A stretch of DNA of 64,000 bases from Clostridia bacterium DTU025 (GTDB lineage Bacteria; Bacillota; DTU025), in assembly GCA_001513145.1 (NCBI GenBank), contig LFSP01000037.1:3163-67162 (forward strand). The letters are read 5' to 3'. The position numbers and the translations under genes are program-made. Below the pieces are notes generated by a model, which made no database searches, was not told the origin of the DNA, and saw nothing but the letters and a program-made list of their open reading frames with translations. Positions 1 through 9,199 of the stretch are shown here, piece by piece. Position 1 is the first letter of the stretch. Each line of letters starts with the position of its first letter.

Positions 1-1
1 C

Positions 2-145
2 GTGCTGGGCAGGGGATACTCCATCTGCCGTTTTCCTGACGGACGGATCGTCAGGAGCGCCGAGGATGTCAAACCTGGAGACGAAATACGCGTCACCTTG
101 GGCCGGGGCGAGCTCGGCTGCGACGTAAACGAGGTGGTATTGTGA
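2..145 (+). CDS. xseA: Exodeoxyribonuclease VII large subunit, C-terminal fragment (5' end outside window)
   Basis: Open frame from the window edge to TGA 143-145. Translates ...RGYSICRFPDGRIVRSAEDVKPGDEIRVTLGRGELGCDVNEVVL. The stop abuts the xseB start, the canonical xseA-xseB arrangement. Confidence 0.6.
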   Translation: MLGRGYSICRFPDGRIVRSAEDVKPGDEIRVTLGRGELGCDVNEVVL

Positions 146-408
146 TGAGCGGTATGCAGACTGATTCCAACATGACTTTCGAGACGGCCATGGCCCGGCT
201 GGAACAGATCCTGGCGACCCTGGAGGCAGGCGACCTTCCCCTTGAGGAGGCCCTGAAGCTGTGCGCCGAAGGCAACAAGCTGGTCTCGTTCTGTTCGACC
301 CTTCTGGACCAGGCCGATGCCCGCCTGGAGATGCTTCTCGCTGGTGAAGACGGGACCACTGAGGTGGTGCCGGCAGAGTCCCTCCTCGGGAAAGGGGAGG
401 GAGCATGA
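145..408 (+). CDS. xseB: Exodeoxyribonuclease VII small subunit
   Basis: MTFETAMARLEQILATLEAGDLPLEEALKLCAEGNKLVSFC is typical XseB. GAGGTGG RBS lies 7 nt before ATG 145 (ORF track starts at GTG 142). Confidence 0.85.
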   Translation: MSGMQTDSNMTFETAMARLEQILATLEAGDLPLEEALKLCAEGNKLVSFCSTLLDQADARLEMLLAGEDGTTEVVPAESLLGKGEGA

Positions 409-1406
409 TCCCGAAGCCCAACGGCCGGCGTGCCGACGCTTCCTGGATGGCGGGGGCAAGGGCGCAGATAGACCAGTTCCTCGACTCAGTGATGCCTCCG
501 GAGGATGAGGCTCCGCCGCTGCTGCACGCGGCCATGAGGTACTCGGTGTTCTCCGGCGGCAAGAGGCTGAGGCCACTTCTGTGCATGGCGTCATATGAGG
601 CCGTGGCGCTGCGGGCCGGAGCTCGGCCGGAGAGACCCGACTTGCAGCGAACCCCGCCGTGGCTATGGCCGGCGGCCGCGGTGGAGTTGGTGCATTGCTA
701 CTCCCTGATCCATGACGACCTCCCCTGTATGGACGATGACGACTTCCGCCGGGGACGTCCTTCGTGCCACAGGGCCTTCGACGAGGCCACGGCGCTGCTC
801 GCGGGCGATGCCCTCCTGACCCTGGCCTTCGTCGCGCTGAGCGACGCCCGCTTCGTGGCGGCGATGAACGCCGCGGCTGCCGCGGCCGCCGGCTCAGCAG
901 GCCCCGGCGCCAGCCTGGCCCTGGCCTGCGTGCGGGAGCTTTCTGGCGCTGCCGGCAGCCTCGGCATGGTTGGCGGACAGGCCGCGGAGTTTGCGTCCAC
1001 AACGGGGGCGGATCCGTGGCCGAAGACTGCAGGCCCTCAGGAGGCTGCGGAGCGTATCGTTGCAATCCAGGAGCTCAAGACGGGCAAACTCTTTCAGGCG
1101 GCGGTCAGGATGGGGGCCATCGCGGCAGGCGCCGAACACGACGTTCTGCAGGCGCTCACCAGGTTCGCCCGAAGCTATGGCCGGGCGTTCCAGATCCGTG
1201 ACGACATCGAGGACGCCGACACCCAGGATGCGGCTGCCGGCACCCTCACCTCGGTCACTCTAGGCGGCGCGGAGGCTGCCAGGACCGAGATGGCTCGGCT
1301 GGCGCTTGAGGCCCGGAAGACCGCGCTTGACCTGGGCGCAGCAGGCTGCAAACTGGTGAGTATAGTCGACCTAACCTTCCCGGAAGCGGTGGACGCAGAT
1401 GTTTGA
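405..1406 (+). CDS. ispA: Polyprenyl (farnesyl/geranylgeranyl) diphosphate synthase
   Basis: First Asp-rich motif LIHDDLPCMDDDDFRRGRPSCH and second motif FQIRDDIED. ATGA overlap with the xseB stop. Confidence 0.9.
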   Translation: MIPKPNGRRADASWMAGARAQIDQFLDSVMPPEDEAPPLLHAAMRYSVFSGGKRLRPLLCMASYEAVALRAGARPERPDLQRTPPWLWPAAAVELVHCYSLIHDDLPCMDDDDFRRGRPSCHRAFDEATALLAGDALLTLAFVALSDARFVAAMNAAAAAAAGSAGPGASLALACVRELSGAAGSLGMVGGQAAEFASTTGADPWPKTAGPQEAAERIVAIQELKTGKLFQAAVRMGAIAAGAEHDVLQALTRFARSYGRAFQIRDDIEDADTQDAAAGTLTSVTLGGAEAARTEMARLALEARKTALDLGAAGCKLVSIVDLTFPEAVDADV

Positions 1407-1851
1407 TGCCAAGACTGGCCTCTTTGCCAACCGGATACTGTGGGCGTCGGCGCTGGCTTGGATCATCGCGCAGGTCCTGAAGGTTTTCACCAGCCTCTAC
1501 GCTGACAAGCGGCTGGACTGGTCCAAGCTGGTGGGGGCCGGCGGGATGCCATCCTCCCATACCGCCCTCGTGACGTCGCTCGCGGTTGGGGTGGGCATCA
1601 GGGAGGGCTGGAACTCCACCATGTTTGCCCTGGCCGTAGGGTTCGCCCTGGTGGTTATGTACGACGCCGCCGGCGTCCGCAGGGCCGCCGGCAAACAGGC
1701 GAGAGTGCTCAATCAGATCATGGAGGCCATGGCCCACAGCGGTCACATACCCACCACCAAGCTCCGCGAGCTCTTGGGGCATACCCCCACCGAAGTGGTG
1801 GCCGGGGCCATCCTGGGGGCGGCGATGGCCGCGCTCCTGGTGAAGCCGTAA
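1399..1851 (+). CDS. Divergent PAP2 / DUF212 (YuiD-like) membrane protein
   Basis: NRILWASALAWIIAQVLKVF...GGMPSSHTALVTSLAVGVG...VVMYDAAGVRRAAGKQA matches my recollection of the acid phosphatase/vanadium haloperoxidase-related DUF212 family. Overlaps the ispA stop. Confidence 0.75.
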   Translation: MFDAKTGLFANRILWASALAWIIAQVLKVFTSLYADKRLDWSKLVGAGGMPSSHTALVTSLAVGVGIREGWNSTMFALAVGFALVVMYDAAGVRRAAGKQARVLNQIMEAMAHSGHIPTTKLRELLGHTPTEVVAGAILGAAMAALLVKP

Positions 1852-1866
1852 GGGCCCTGGCGCCGA

Positions 1867-1895
1867 TTGGACGATGCCCAGTTTTGTGGTATAAT
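1867..1895 (+). promoter_or_regulatory. Sigma-A type promoter in front of the OLE-like RNA
   Basis: TTGGAC (1867-1872), 17-nt spacer, extended -10 TGgTATAAT (TATAAT 1890-1895). Confidence 0.5.
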
Positions 1896-1899
1896 CAGG

Positions 1900-2440
1900 G
1901 TTGAGACTGATAGGCGGCGCAGTATTCTAGTTGGCGTCGGCATTCCCGAAGGCGGGGATAAACTCCCGCCAAGGGCACATCGATGAAGTCCCTTGTGCTG
2001 GCTTCCGACGCCCAGTCGGGGGCTGGTGCAGGGGGTTAAGGTTGTAGGGCGATCCGCAATGGCATGCGGGCGTGGACCCTGCTTCCGCGGAGGCCCAAGT
2101 GCGTGGTTTCGACTACGGCTTGGGGGTAACCTGCATGCGGTGCTGAACCACTCAAGTGTGGAACGGCGCTGGGTGCAGCGTAGCCTGCCTTGAGTGGACG
2201 TGTAGGATAGCGGGTACCAAGTCTAGTCTCCCCGGCCAGGGAGTAGGACCTCTTGCCGCTTGAAAACACGCCTGCAAAAGAGGCTAGGGAATGCGCCGCG
2301 CCATCGAGGAAAACTCCTAGACTGGTGCGTCGCACGGCACCGCGAGGATTACAGTGTGATCTCAGTGGCGATCCAGTTTCTCCTTCGGTGACGGGGAGAG
2401 TCTGCCGTAAAGGGAAACCGCCCGCCGGCAACGGCAGGGT
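1900..2440 (+). ncRNA. OLE (ornate, large, extremophilic) RNA candidate; boundaries approximate
   Basis: Gap of about 650 nt with only junk overlapping ORFs inside an otherwise overlapping gene string. Own promoter. Hairpins include GGCGGG/CCCGCC 1951-1970, CAAGGG/CCCTTG 1970-1995, CTCCC/GGGAG 2228-2243 and CTGCCG/CGGCAG 2402-2437. Synteny xseAB-ispA-[RNA]-oapA-dxs-tlyA-nadK-argR-recN matches the published OLE locus. Confidence 0.75.
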
Positions 2441-2503
2441 GTGCAGGCGGGAAAACCTACTGGACCTAAGTCACAATATTTACTCGTGGTGCTGCCGCCT
2501 ATC

Positions 2504-3241
2504 ATGTTGTTTCTACGTACAGACGGGATCGCGCGTCGCGCGCGCATCCCGGTCATTCCATGGGATTTCGAGGTGACGTGTTTGTCCGGCAGGAACGGAC
2601 GAGTCATCGCTGTTGGAATACTTACTTTCGTCCTGTCGGCCGCCGTGAGCTCTGCTTCAGAGGCGGTCGCTTCCTTGTTCCACGTGGGACTATCGATCCT
2701 GACGCTGATCCTGATCATCGCCACAGGCATAGTCTTCGACATAATAGGCACCGCGGCGACGGCGGCCAGCGAGGCGCCGATCAACGCCATGGCGGCCAAG
2801 CGCGTGCGGGGCTCAGCCGAGGCGCTGCACCTGGTGCGTAACGCCCCGGCGGTGGCGAACTTCTGCAACGACGTGGTGGGCGACATCTGCGGCACCGTAA
2901 GCGGCGCCGTTGGCGCCACAATAGTGCTGCTCACAGTGGGCGGCGGCACCGGGCTGCTCGCCAGGGTCATGCCCACGGTTGTGGTGGGCCTGGTGTCCGC
3001 GCTGACCGTGGCCGGCAAGGCTGCCGGCAAGCAGCTGGCCATCGAGAAGGCCAACGACGTGATCCTCACGGCAGGCCGGGTGTTGGCTTCATGGAACAGT
3101 CTGGTGGGGGGGAACACTCAAGGCAGACGGCCATCAGGTGCCAGGCCCGCCCAGAGCCACGATCACGGCCAGAGGCGGAGGGTCTCCGCCCGCCGCGGCG
3201 CCCGCGCCGAAAACGGCCGCGCCAACGATCGAACCGATTGA
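2504..3241 (+). CDS. oapA: OLE-associated membrane protein A candidate (four predicted TM helices); start uncertain
   Basis: Lies immediately 3' of the OLE-like RNA and 5' of dxs. Four hydrophobic segments, with Asp-containing motifs FDIIG and NDVVGDI in predicted helices. ATG 2504 is in frame with ORF 2441-3241. The basic C-terminal tail is atypical. Confidence 0.6.
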   Translation: MLFLRTDGIARRARIPVIPWDFEVTCLSGRNGRVIAVGILTFVLSAAVSSASEAVASLFHVGLSILTLILIIATGIVFDIIGTAATAASEAPINAMAAKRVRGSAEALHLVRNAPAVANFCNDVVGDICGTVSGAVGATIVLLTVGGGTGLLARVMPTVVVGLVSALTVAGKAAGKQLAIEKANDVILTAGRVLASWNSLVGGNTQGRRPSGARPAQSHDHGQRRRVSARRGARAENGRANDRTD

Positions 3242-3303
3242 GCCTAGGCTTTCGCAAGCGCCGGGCCACTTTCGCGCCTGCGAGGACGGGAGGACCCGTA
3301 CAC

Positions 3304-5238
3304 ATGAAGAGCATCCTGGCATCGGTGAAGTCCCCCGCGGACCTCAAGAGCCTCTCCGCAACTGAACTCAAAGAGCTGGCGGACGAGATCCGCCAGACAA
3401 TAGTGGCCACGGTGGCCGCGAATGGGGGGCACCTTGCTCCCAACCTGGGAGTGGTGGAGCTCACCATCGCCCTTCACCTGGCCCTCGACAGCCCCCGAGA
3501 CCAGATAGTCTGGGACGTGGGGCATCAGTGCTATGCCCACAAGCTCCTCACCGGCAGGTGGGAGCGCTTCTCTACGCTTCGAACCGCCGGTGGCATCAGC
3601 GGGTTTCCCGATCCCACCGAGAGCGAACACGATGCGTTCTATACGGGGCATTCCAGCACGTCCATCTCCGCGGCCCTGGGCATGGCCGTGGCTCGCGACC
3701 GCACCGGCGGCCGCGGCACGGTGGTGGCTGTCATAGGCGACGGCGCCCTGGCAGGCGGCATGGCCTTCGAGGCGCTGAACCACGCGGGGCAGGGCGAGAC
3801 CGACTTGATCGTCGTGCTCAACGACAACGAGATGTCCATCTCCCGCAGCGTGGGAGCCCTGGCAAGCCACCTGGGCTCCATCCGGACCCGAGCCCGTCGC
3901 CGCGGCATCAGCAATGCTCTGCGGCGTATGGCGGAGGCGGTGCCGATTTTCGGGCAGCAGTTCCGCGCACTGGGCCACCGCATCAAGCGGGGCATCAAGT
4001 CGGTGCTCATCCGCGGCATGCTCTTCGAGGAGCTGGGCTTCATGTACATAGGCCCCATAGATGGGCACAACATCAGGGCCATAAAGCGCGCCATCGAAGA
4101 CGCGAAGGCTGTGGGCGGGCCCGTGCTGGTCCACGTGGTGACCACCAAGGGCAAGGGATACGCCCCCGCGGAGTCCAACCCGGAGCTCTTCCACGGTACG
4201 GCGCCGTTCGACGTCTCAACAGGCGTCCCCGCGGGCGCCGTAGCCGGCGCCACAGCCGGGGCCGCCGCCCCCGACGGTCCGCCCACGTTCACCTCCGCCT
4301 TCGGGCGGTGCATCACGGCAGCCGCCAGGCGCGATCCAAGGATAATGGCGGTGTGCGCCGCCATGGCCGACGGCACGGGCCTGGCCGGCTTCGCCCGCGC
4401 GTACCCCGAGCGCTTCTTCGACGTGGGCATCGCGGAGGAGCACGCCGTCACCTTCGCCGCCGGGATGGCGTCTCGGGGCCTACGCCCCGTGGTGGCCGTC
4501 TACTCCACGTTCCTGCAGCGAGCTTACGATCAGATAATTCATGACGTGGCGCTGGGGCGTCTACCAGTTATACTTGCCGTCGACCGCGCCGGCATCGTTG
4601 GTGAGGACGGTCGCACGCACCAGGGCGCCTTCGACATATCCTTCCTCCGCGACGCTCCCGGCATGACCGTGATGGCCCCCGCCGACGATCTCGAGCTTGA
4701 GGCCATGTTCGACTGCGCCCTCGCCCACGACGGGCCGTGCGCCATCAGGTATCCCAAGGCAGCCGTCGAACGCGTCGCCGCGCCGCGCGAGGCCGCGCCG
4801 GTGCGGATCGGCCGCGCCCAGCTTCTCCGTGAGGGCAAGCACGCCACCATCGCGGCCCTTGGGCCCATGGTGCAAAGAGCTCTCGAGGCAAGCAGGATTC
4901 TCTCGAGTCATGGCGTAAGCTGTGCAGTGATCAACGCTAGGTTCGCCAAACCTGTAGACGCCGAGCTTATCCTGGAGCACGCGTCGAAAACCGGGGTCCT
5001 CATCACAGTCGAAGACGGCATCGCAAGCGGCGGCTTCGGCTCGGCCCTCGCCCAGGCCATGCACGCTGAGGGCCTGGACGGGATAGCCCTTATCAGCCTT
5101 GGCATCCCCGACCGGTTCATAGAGCACGGCAGGCGAGATGAGATCCTCGCAAGCCTCGGTCTCGACGCCCAGGGGATAGCGGCCGCCGTGCACGCGGCGC
5201 TGAAGGAAAGGCGGGCGCGAGATGCCGGCTCGAGATAA
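3304..5238 (+). CDS. dxs: 1-deoxy-D-xylulose-5-phosphate synthase
   Basis: MKSILASVKSPADLKSLSATELKELADEIR...GHLAPNLGVVELTIALH...GHSSTSISAALGMA...IGDGALAGGMAFEALN. The upstream part of ORF 3091-5238 is Arg/Pro junk, so ATG 3304 is used. Confidence 0.95.
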   Translation: MKSILASVKSPADLKSLSATELKELADEIRQTIVATVAANGGHLAPNLGVVELTIALHLALDSPRDQIVWDVGHQCYAHKLLTGRWERFSTLRTAGGISGFPDPTESEHDAFYTGHSSTSISAALGMAVARDRTGGRGTVVAVIGDGALAGGMAFEALNHAGQGETDLIVVLNDNEMSISRSVGALASHLGSIRTRARRRGISNALRRMAEAVPIFGQQFRALGHRIKRGIKSVLIRGMLFEELGFMYIGPIDGHNIRAIKRAIEDAKAVGGPVLVHVVTTKGKGYAPAESNPELFHGTAPFDVSTGVPAGAVAGATAGAAAPDGPPTFTSAFGRCITAAARRDPRIMAVCAAMADGTGLAGFARAYPERFFDVGIAEEHAVTFAAGMASRGLRPVVAVYSTFLQRAYDQIIHDVALGRLPVILAVDRAGIVGEDGRTHQGAFDISFLRDAPGMTVMAPADDLELEAMFDCALAHDGPCAIRYPKAAVERVAAPREAAPVRIGRAQLLREGKHATIAALGPMVQRALEASRILSSHGVSCAVINARFAKPVDAELILEHASKTGVLITVEDGIASGGFGSALAQAMHAEGLDGIALISLGIPDRFIEHGRRDEILASLGLDAQGIAAAVHAALKERRARDAGSR

Positions 5239-6064
5239 GCTAAGGCTCGATCAGCTGGTGTTCGAGAGGGGCCTCGCCCAAAGCCGCGAGCAGGCAAAGG
5301 CCCTGGTGCTGGCGGGCAAGGTGAAGGTGGGCGGCATCGTCGTCGACAAGCCAGGCTCCGGCCACCCGTCCGACGCCGTCATCGAGGTGGAGCGGGGCGA
5401 CGCCTACGTCAGCCGGGGCGGAGAGAAGCTGGCCCACGCGGTGGACACGTTCAAGCCGCGCATCCGCGGGCTGGTGGCGGTGGACATCGGCGCCTCCACA
5501 GGTGGCTTCACCGACGTGCTCCTCAGGGAAGGCGCGGACATGGTGTACGCCGTAGACGTCGGCCGCGGCCAGCTGGCGTGGAAGCTGCAGCAGGACGTGC
5601 GCGTCAAGGTCATGGACAGGACGAACGCGCGCTATCTCACCGCCGCCGATTTCGACCCTCGCCCCGAGTTCGGCACGGTGGACGTGTCGTTCATCTCGCT
5701 GTCGAGGATCCTTCCTGCCCTGTACGACGTGCTGTTGCCTGGCGGCCACGCCATCTGCCTGGTGAAGCCGCAGTTTGAGGCTGGGCGCGAGAAGGTAGGC
5801 AAGCGCGGCGTGGTCAGGTCGCCCGAGGTGCATCGAGAGGTGCTTGAAGCCTGCATGGGTTACGCGGCGGCCAGCGGCTTTACGGTGCTGGGGGTGACGC
5901 CGTCTCCGATACGGGGCCCCGAGGGGAATGTTGAGTTTCTCATGTACCTTGCCAAGCCGGCGCAAGATGCGGCGCCGCACGCCGGGCGGCCGGAGCAGCC
6001 CGACTTCGCCGCCCTTGCCCGCGAAGCCGTGGAGCTTGCCCACGCGCAGCGGACAGACGAGTAA
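5222..6064 (+). CDS. tlyA: TlyA family rRNA (cytidine-2'-O)-methyltransferase
   Basis: S4-like N-terminus RLDQLVFERGLAQSREQAKALVLAGKVKV, then FtsJ-like region VAVDIGASTGGFTDVLL. Confidence 0.9.
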   Translation: MPARDKLRLDQLVFERGLAQSREQAKALVLAGKVKVGGIVVDKPGSGHPSDAVIEVERGDAYVSRGGEKLAHAVDTFKPRIRGLVAVDIGASTGGFTDVLLREGADMVYAVDVGRGQLAWKLQQDVRVKVMDRTNARYLTAADFDPRPEFGTVDVSFISLSRILPALYDVLLPGGHAICLVKPQFEAGREKVGKRGVVRSPEVHREVLEACMGYAAASGFTVLGVTPSPIRGPEGNVEFLMYLAKPAQDAAPHAGRPEQPDFAALAREAVELAHAQRTDE

Positions 6065-6111
6065 ACCGACGTGGAAGGGAGCTGGCCTCCACGAGAAGAG
6101 CTGCCATCATC

Positions 6112-6912
6112 GTGAAGCGTACCGAACCCCAGGCCATCGACACCGCGCTGGAGATCCAGGCGCGGCTTGCGCAGTACGGCGTCGAAGCCTGCATCGATGA
6201 CTCCTGGGACAATCCCCTTCCAGACGACACCGAGTTCGCCATCGTGCTCGGTGGCGACGGCACCCTCCTCTCGGTGGCCCGCCGCGCCGCTCCCAGAAAT
6301 GTTCCGATCCTCGGCGTCAACATGGGTAACCTCGGCTTCCTCACTGAGATCGAGCCCGGTGGGATCGACGGCGCGCTGCGCGCCCTGGTCTGCGGCGATT
6401 TCGAGATCGACGAGCGCACCATGGTGGAGGCCAGCGTGATCCGGGATTCGTCCGTTGTGACCACCCTCGTCGGCCTGAACGACGTGGTGGTGGCGAAGGG
6501 CGCTTTCGCCAGGCTCATCAGCCTTGACGTGTTCGTGAACGACGAGTACTACGCCAAGTTCGCGGCCGACGGTGCCATAGTTGCCAGTCCCACCGGTTCC
6601 ACAGCCTACTCCCTTTCAGCCGGCGGCCCGCTGGTGAATCCCAACATCGACGTCCTTCTGGTGACTCCCATATGCCCGCACACCCTGTTCAGTCGGTCGT
6701 TGGTGATATCGGGATCCGACACAGTCAGGATAGTGCTGGAAGCTTCCCACGAGCAGGTGGGCATAACTGTGGACGGCCAGGTTGGGGTGGGCCTTCAGTC
6801 GCACGACGAGATAGTCGTGCGCAGGGCGCCTCATGTCACCCGCTTCGTTAGGCTCAGTACGAAGAACTTCTACGGAGTGTTGAGGGAAAGGCTCAAGCAA
6901 GACCGTCTCTAA
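6112..6912 (+). CDS. nadK: NAD kinase
   Basis: VLGGDGTLLSVAR, NMGNLGFLTE and ASPTGSTAYSLSAGGP motifs. Confidence 0.9.
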   Translation: MKRTEPQAIDTALEIQARLAQYGVEACIDDSWDNPLPDDTEFAIVLGGDGTLLSVARRAAPRNVPILGVNMGNLGFLTEIEPGGIDGALRALVCGDFEIDERTMVEASVIRDSSVVTTLVGLNDVVVAKGAFARLISLDVFVNDEYYAKFAADGAIVASPTGSTAYSLSAGGPLVNPNIDVLLVTPICPHTLFSRSLVISGSDTVRIVLEASHEQVGITVDGQVGVGLQSHDEIVVRRAPHVTRFVRLSTKNFYGVLRERLKQDRL

Positions 6913-6948
6913 CCTTCATACGAAAGGCAAGTGTGGGAGGGTTCGACG

Positions 6949-7401
6949 ATGAAAGCAAGGCGCCACCAGAGGATCCTGGATGTCGTCAGGAGAAAGCCCA
7001 TCCAGACCCAGGAGGAGCTCGCAGCTGAGCTTGCCCGAGAGGGCATTGACGTTACCCAGGCCACCATTTCCCGCGACATAAAGGAGCTTCGCCTGGTGAA
7101 GGCGCCCATGGGCGACGGCAGGTACAGGTACACGTTGCCTCCAGAGCGCAGCGTCGAGGACATCAACAGGCGCATCGAGCGCGTGTTCACCGAGACCGTT
7201 GTCAGCATCGAGGATTCCGGCAACATCGTCGTCATCAAGACGGTGAAGGGCGCGGCGCAGGTGGTGGCGGCGATCATTGACGACCTTGACTGGCCTGAGA
7301 TGGTGGGCACCATCGCAGGAGACGACACCATCTTCGCCGTCGTCAAGCCTGAAGACCGCACCCACGACGTCATGGCGCGCCTCAACCGGTTCAGGCGGTG
7401 A
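6949..7401 (+). CDS. argR: Arginine repressor
   Basis: RHQRILDVVRRKPIQTQEELAAELAREGIDVTQATISRDIKELRLVK plus C-terminal GTIAGDDTIF. ATG 6949 follows a GGGAGG RBS. Confidence 0.9.
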   Translation: MKARRHQRILDVVRRKPIQTQEELAAELAREGIDVTQATISRDIKELRLVKAPMGDGRYRYTLPPERSVEDINRRIERVFTETVVSIEDSGNIVVIKTVKGAAQVVAAIIDDLDWPEMVGTIAGDDTIFAVVKPEDRTHDVMARLNRFRR

Positions 7402-7410
7402 TCCTCTCCT

Positions 7411-9144
7411 ATGCTCCTCGAGCTCGATGTCAGGAACTACGCCCTGATAGACTCGCTCTCCATCCCGTTCGGCCCAGGCTTCAACGTTCTCACTGGAGAG
7501 ACCGGCGCCGGCAAGTCGTTGATCATAGACTGCCTGGGCCTGGTGATAGGCGGGCGGGCGTCCGCCGATTCCGTCAGGTCCGGCAGCGACAGCGCGCTGG
7601 TTGAAGCGGTCTTCGATATCTCGGACGTCCCGGAAGCGGCGAGGATCGTGGCTGGGCTGGGCATCGAGCTTGAGCCCGACGGCACGCTGGTTCTGTCAAG
7701 GCAGGTCTGGAGCCATGGCAGAAGCCAGTGCCGGGTGAACGGGCGCATGGTGACGGCGACCGCCCTGGCGCAGCTGGGGTCGGCCCTGGTGGACATCTAC
7801 GGGCAGCACGACTACCAGTCGCTCACAAGGCCCGCAAGGCACATGGCGCTCCTGGATTCCTTCGGAGGGCAGGACCACCTTGAGGCGGTGGAGCGCTACC
7901 ACGCCAGGTACCGGGAGTGGTTGCAGGTCCGCGGGGAGCTTTCGGAGCTCCGCGCCAAAGCCCGCGACCGCGCCCAAAGGATCGACATCTTAAGCTACCA
8001 GGTGGACGAGATCTCCAAGGCCGCGCTCTCGCCGGATGAGGAGAGCTCGCTTCTGCGGGAGCGGCAGATCATCGCCAACGCCGAGCGCCTGCACGAGGCG
8101 GCTGAGCGGGCGTATTCCGCGCTGTACGAGTGTTCTGACGTTCAGGGCCGCTCAGCGTACGACCTTGCAGCGTCGGCCCTGGCGGAGCTGGAGGCCGCGG
8201 CGAGGATCGATCCGGCGCTGGCGGAGACGTGCGCGATCGTATCCCAAGTGTGCGACGAGATGGCTCGCGTTGCCACGGCGCTCAGGTCGTACCGGGATTC
8301 CACTGACTATGATCCTGGGAGACTGGCGGCGGTGGAGGACAGGCTCAGCCTCATTGCGAGGCTGAAGCGGAAGTACGGCGACACCGTTGCCGACGTCCTG
8401 GAACACCTCGAGACGGCCAGGCGGCAGCTGGAGCTGCTAAGCGGCGCAGACGAGCGCGGCCTAGTGCTGGAACGGGCCGAGGCGGAGCTGGCGGCGGAGC
8501 TTCTTGCGCAGGCGCGACGGCTTACCGAGAGGCGCAGGGAGATAGCTGACAGGCTCGGCAAGGCGGTCTGCCGTGAGCTTGAGGGCCTGAACATGCCGCA
8601 GGCAAGGTTCCTGGTGGCCATGGGGCCGGTGGAGTCGGATAACATCGCTTCGAGCGACGGCGCCGAGGTGGCGCTGGGGGCGTCAGGCGCCGACGACGTG
8701 GAGTTCATGTTCTCGGCGAACGTTGGCGAGGAGCCGCGGCCGCTGGTTCGCATAGCCAGCGGTGGCGAGCTGTCACGGGTGATGCTGGCCATCAAGTCGG
8801 TGCTGGCCCTGGCGGATGAGATGCCGACGATGGTCTTCGACGAGGTGGACCAGGGGATAGGGGGTGAGGCGGCGCAGGCGGTGGCGCAGCGTCTGCGCGA
8901 CATAGGCAGAGTGAGGCAGGTCCTGGCGGTCACGCACCTTCCGCAGATCGCTGCCAGCGCCCAGCGGCACCTGGGGGTCTACAAGGAAGTTAAGGATGGA
9001 AGGACGGCTGTGGCAGTGAGACCGCTTGAAGGCCACGAGCGCGTCGGGGAGATCGCCAGGATGCTGGCGGGCGAGAGGCCGTCGCAGGTGACGTTGGAGC
9101 ACGCGCGTGAGATGTTGGGAGACGGGCAGGAAATTCCGCGATAA
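7411..9144 (+). CDS. recN: DNA repair protein RecN
   Basis: N-terminal Walker A LTGETGAGKS, long coiled-coil middle region, C-terminal signature ASGGELSRVMLAIK and FDEVDQGIGG. Confidence 0.95.
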   Translation: MLLELDVRNYALIDSLSIPFGPGFNVLTGETGAGKSLIIDCLGLVIGGRASADSVRSGSDSALVEAVFDISDVPEAARIVAGLGIELEPDGTLVLSRQVWSHGRSQCRVNGRMVTATALAQLGSALVDIYGQHDYQSLTRPARHMALLDSFGGQDHLEAVERYHARYREWLQVRGELSELRAKARDRAQRIDILSYQVDEISKAALSPDEESSLLRERQIIANAERLHEAAERAYSALYECSDVQGRSAYDLAASALAELEAAARIDPALAETCAIVSQVCDEMARVATALRSYRDSTDYDPGRLAAVEDRLSLIARLKRKYGDTVADVLEHLETARRQLELLSGADERGLVLERAEAELAAELLAQARRLTERRREIADRLGKAVCRELEGLNMPQARFLVAMGPVESDNIASSDGAEVALGASGADDVEFMFSANVGEEPRPLVRIASGGELSRVMLAIKSVLALADEMPTMVFDEVDQGIGGEAAQAVAQRLRDIGRVRQVLAVTHLPQIAASAQRHLGVYKEVKDGRTAVAVRPLEGHERVGEIARMLAGERPSQVTLEHAREMLGDGQEIPR

Positions 9145-9199
9145 TGTGTAATTCATAGTAGTGTGTGCCTGGAAACGGCGAGCGAGGAGGGAAGGGATC

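Noticed and set aside
1993-2576. ORFs 1993-2193 (+), 2036-2431 (-) and 2253-2576 (+) inside the OLE-like gap
   Set aside because: They overlap each other, lack ribosome-binding sites, and translate to Arg/Gly/Pro/Ser-rich sequence with no family resemblance. The region is better explained as structured RNA.
3091-3303. N-terminal extensions of real genes in the ORF track: dxs 3091, mutS 23414, DUF4139-like 31020, oppD 40589, sigma-54 activator up to 54586, cytochrome up to 19661
   Set aside because: The upstream portions are Arg/Pro/Gly-rich read-through typical of GC-rich DNA. Conserved N-termini and RBS-preceded starts lie further downstream.
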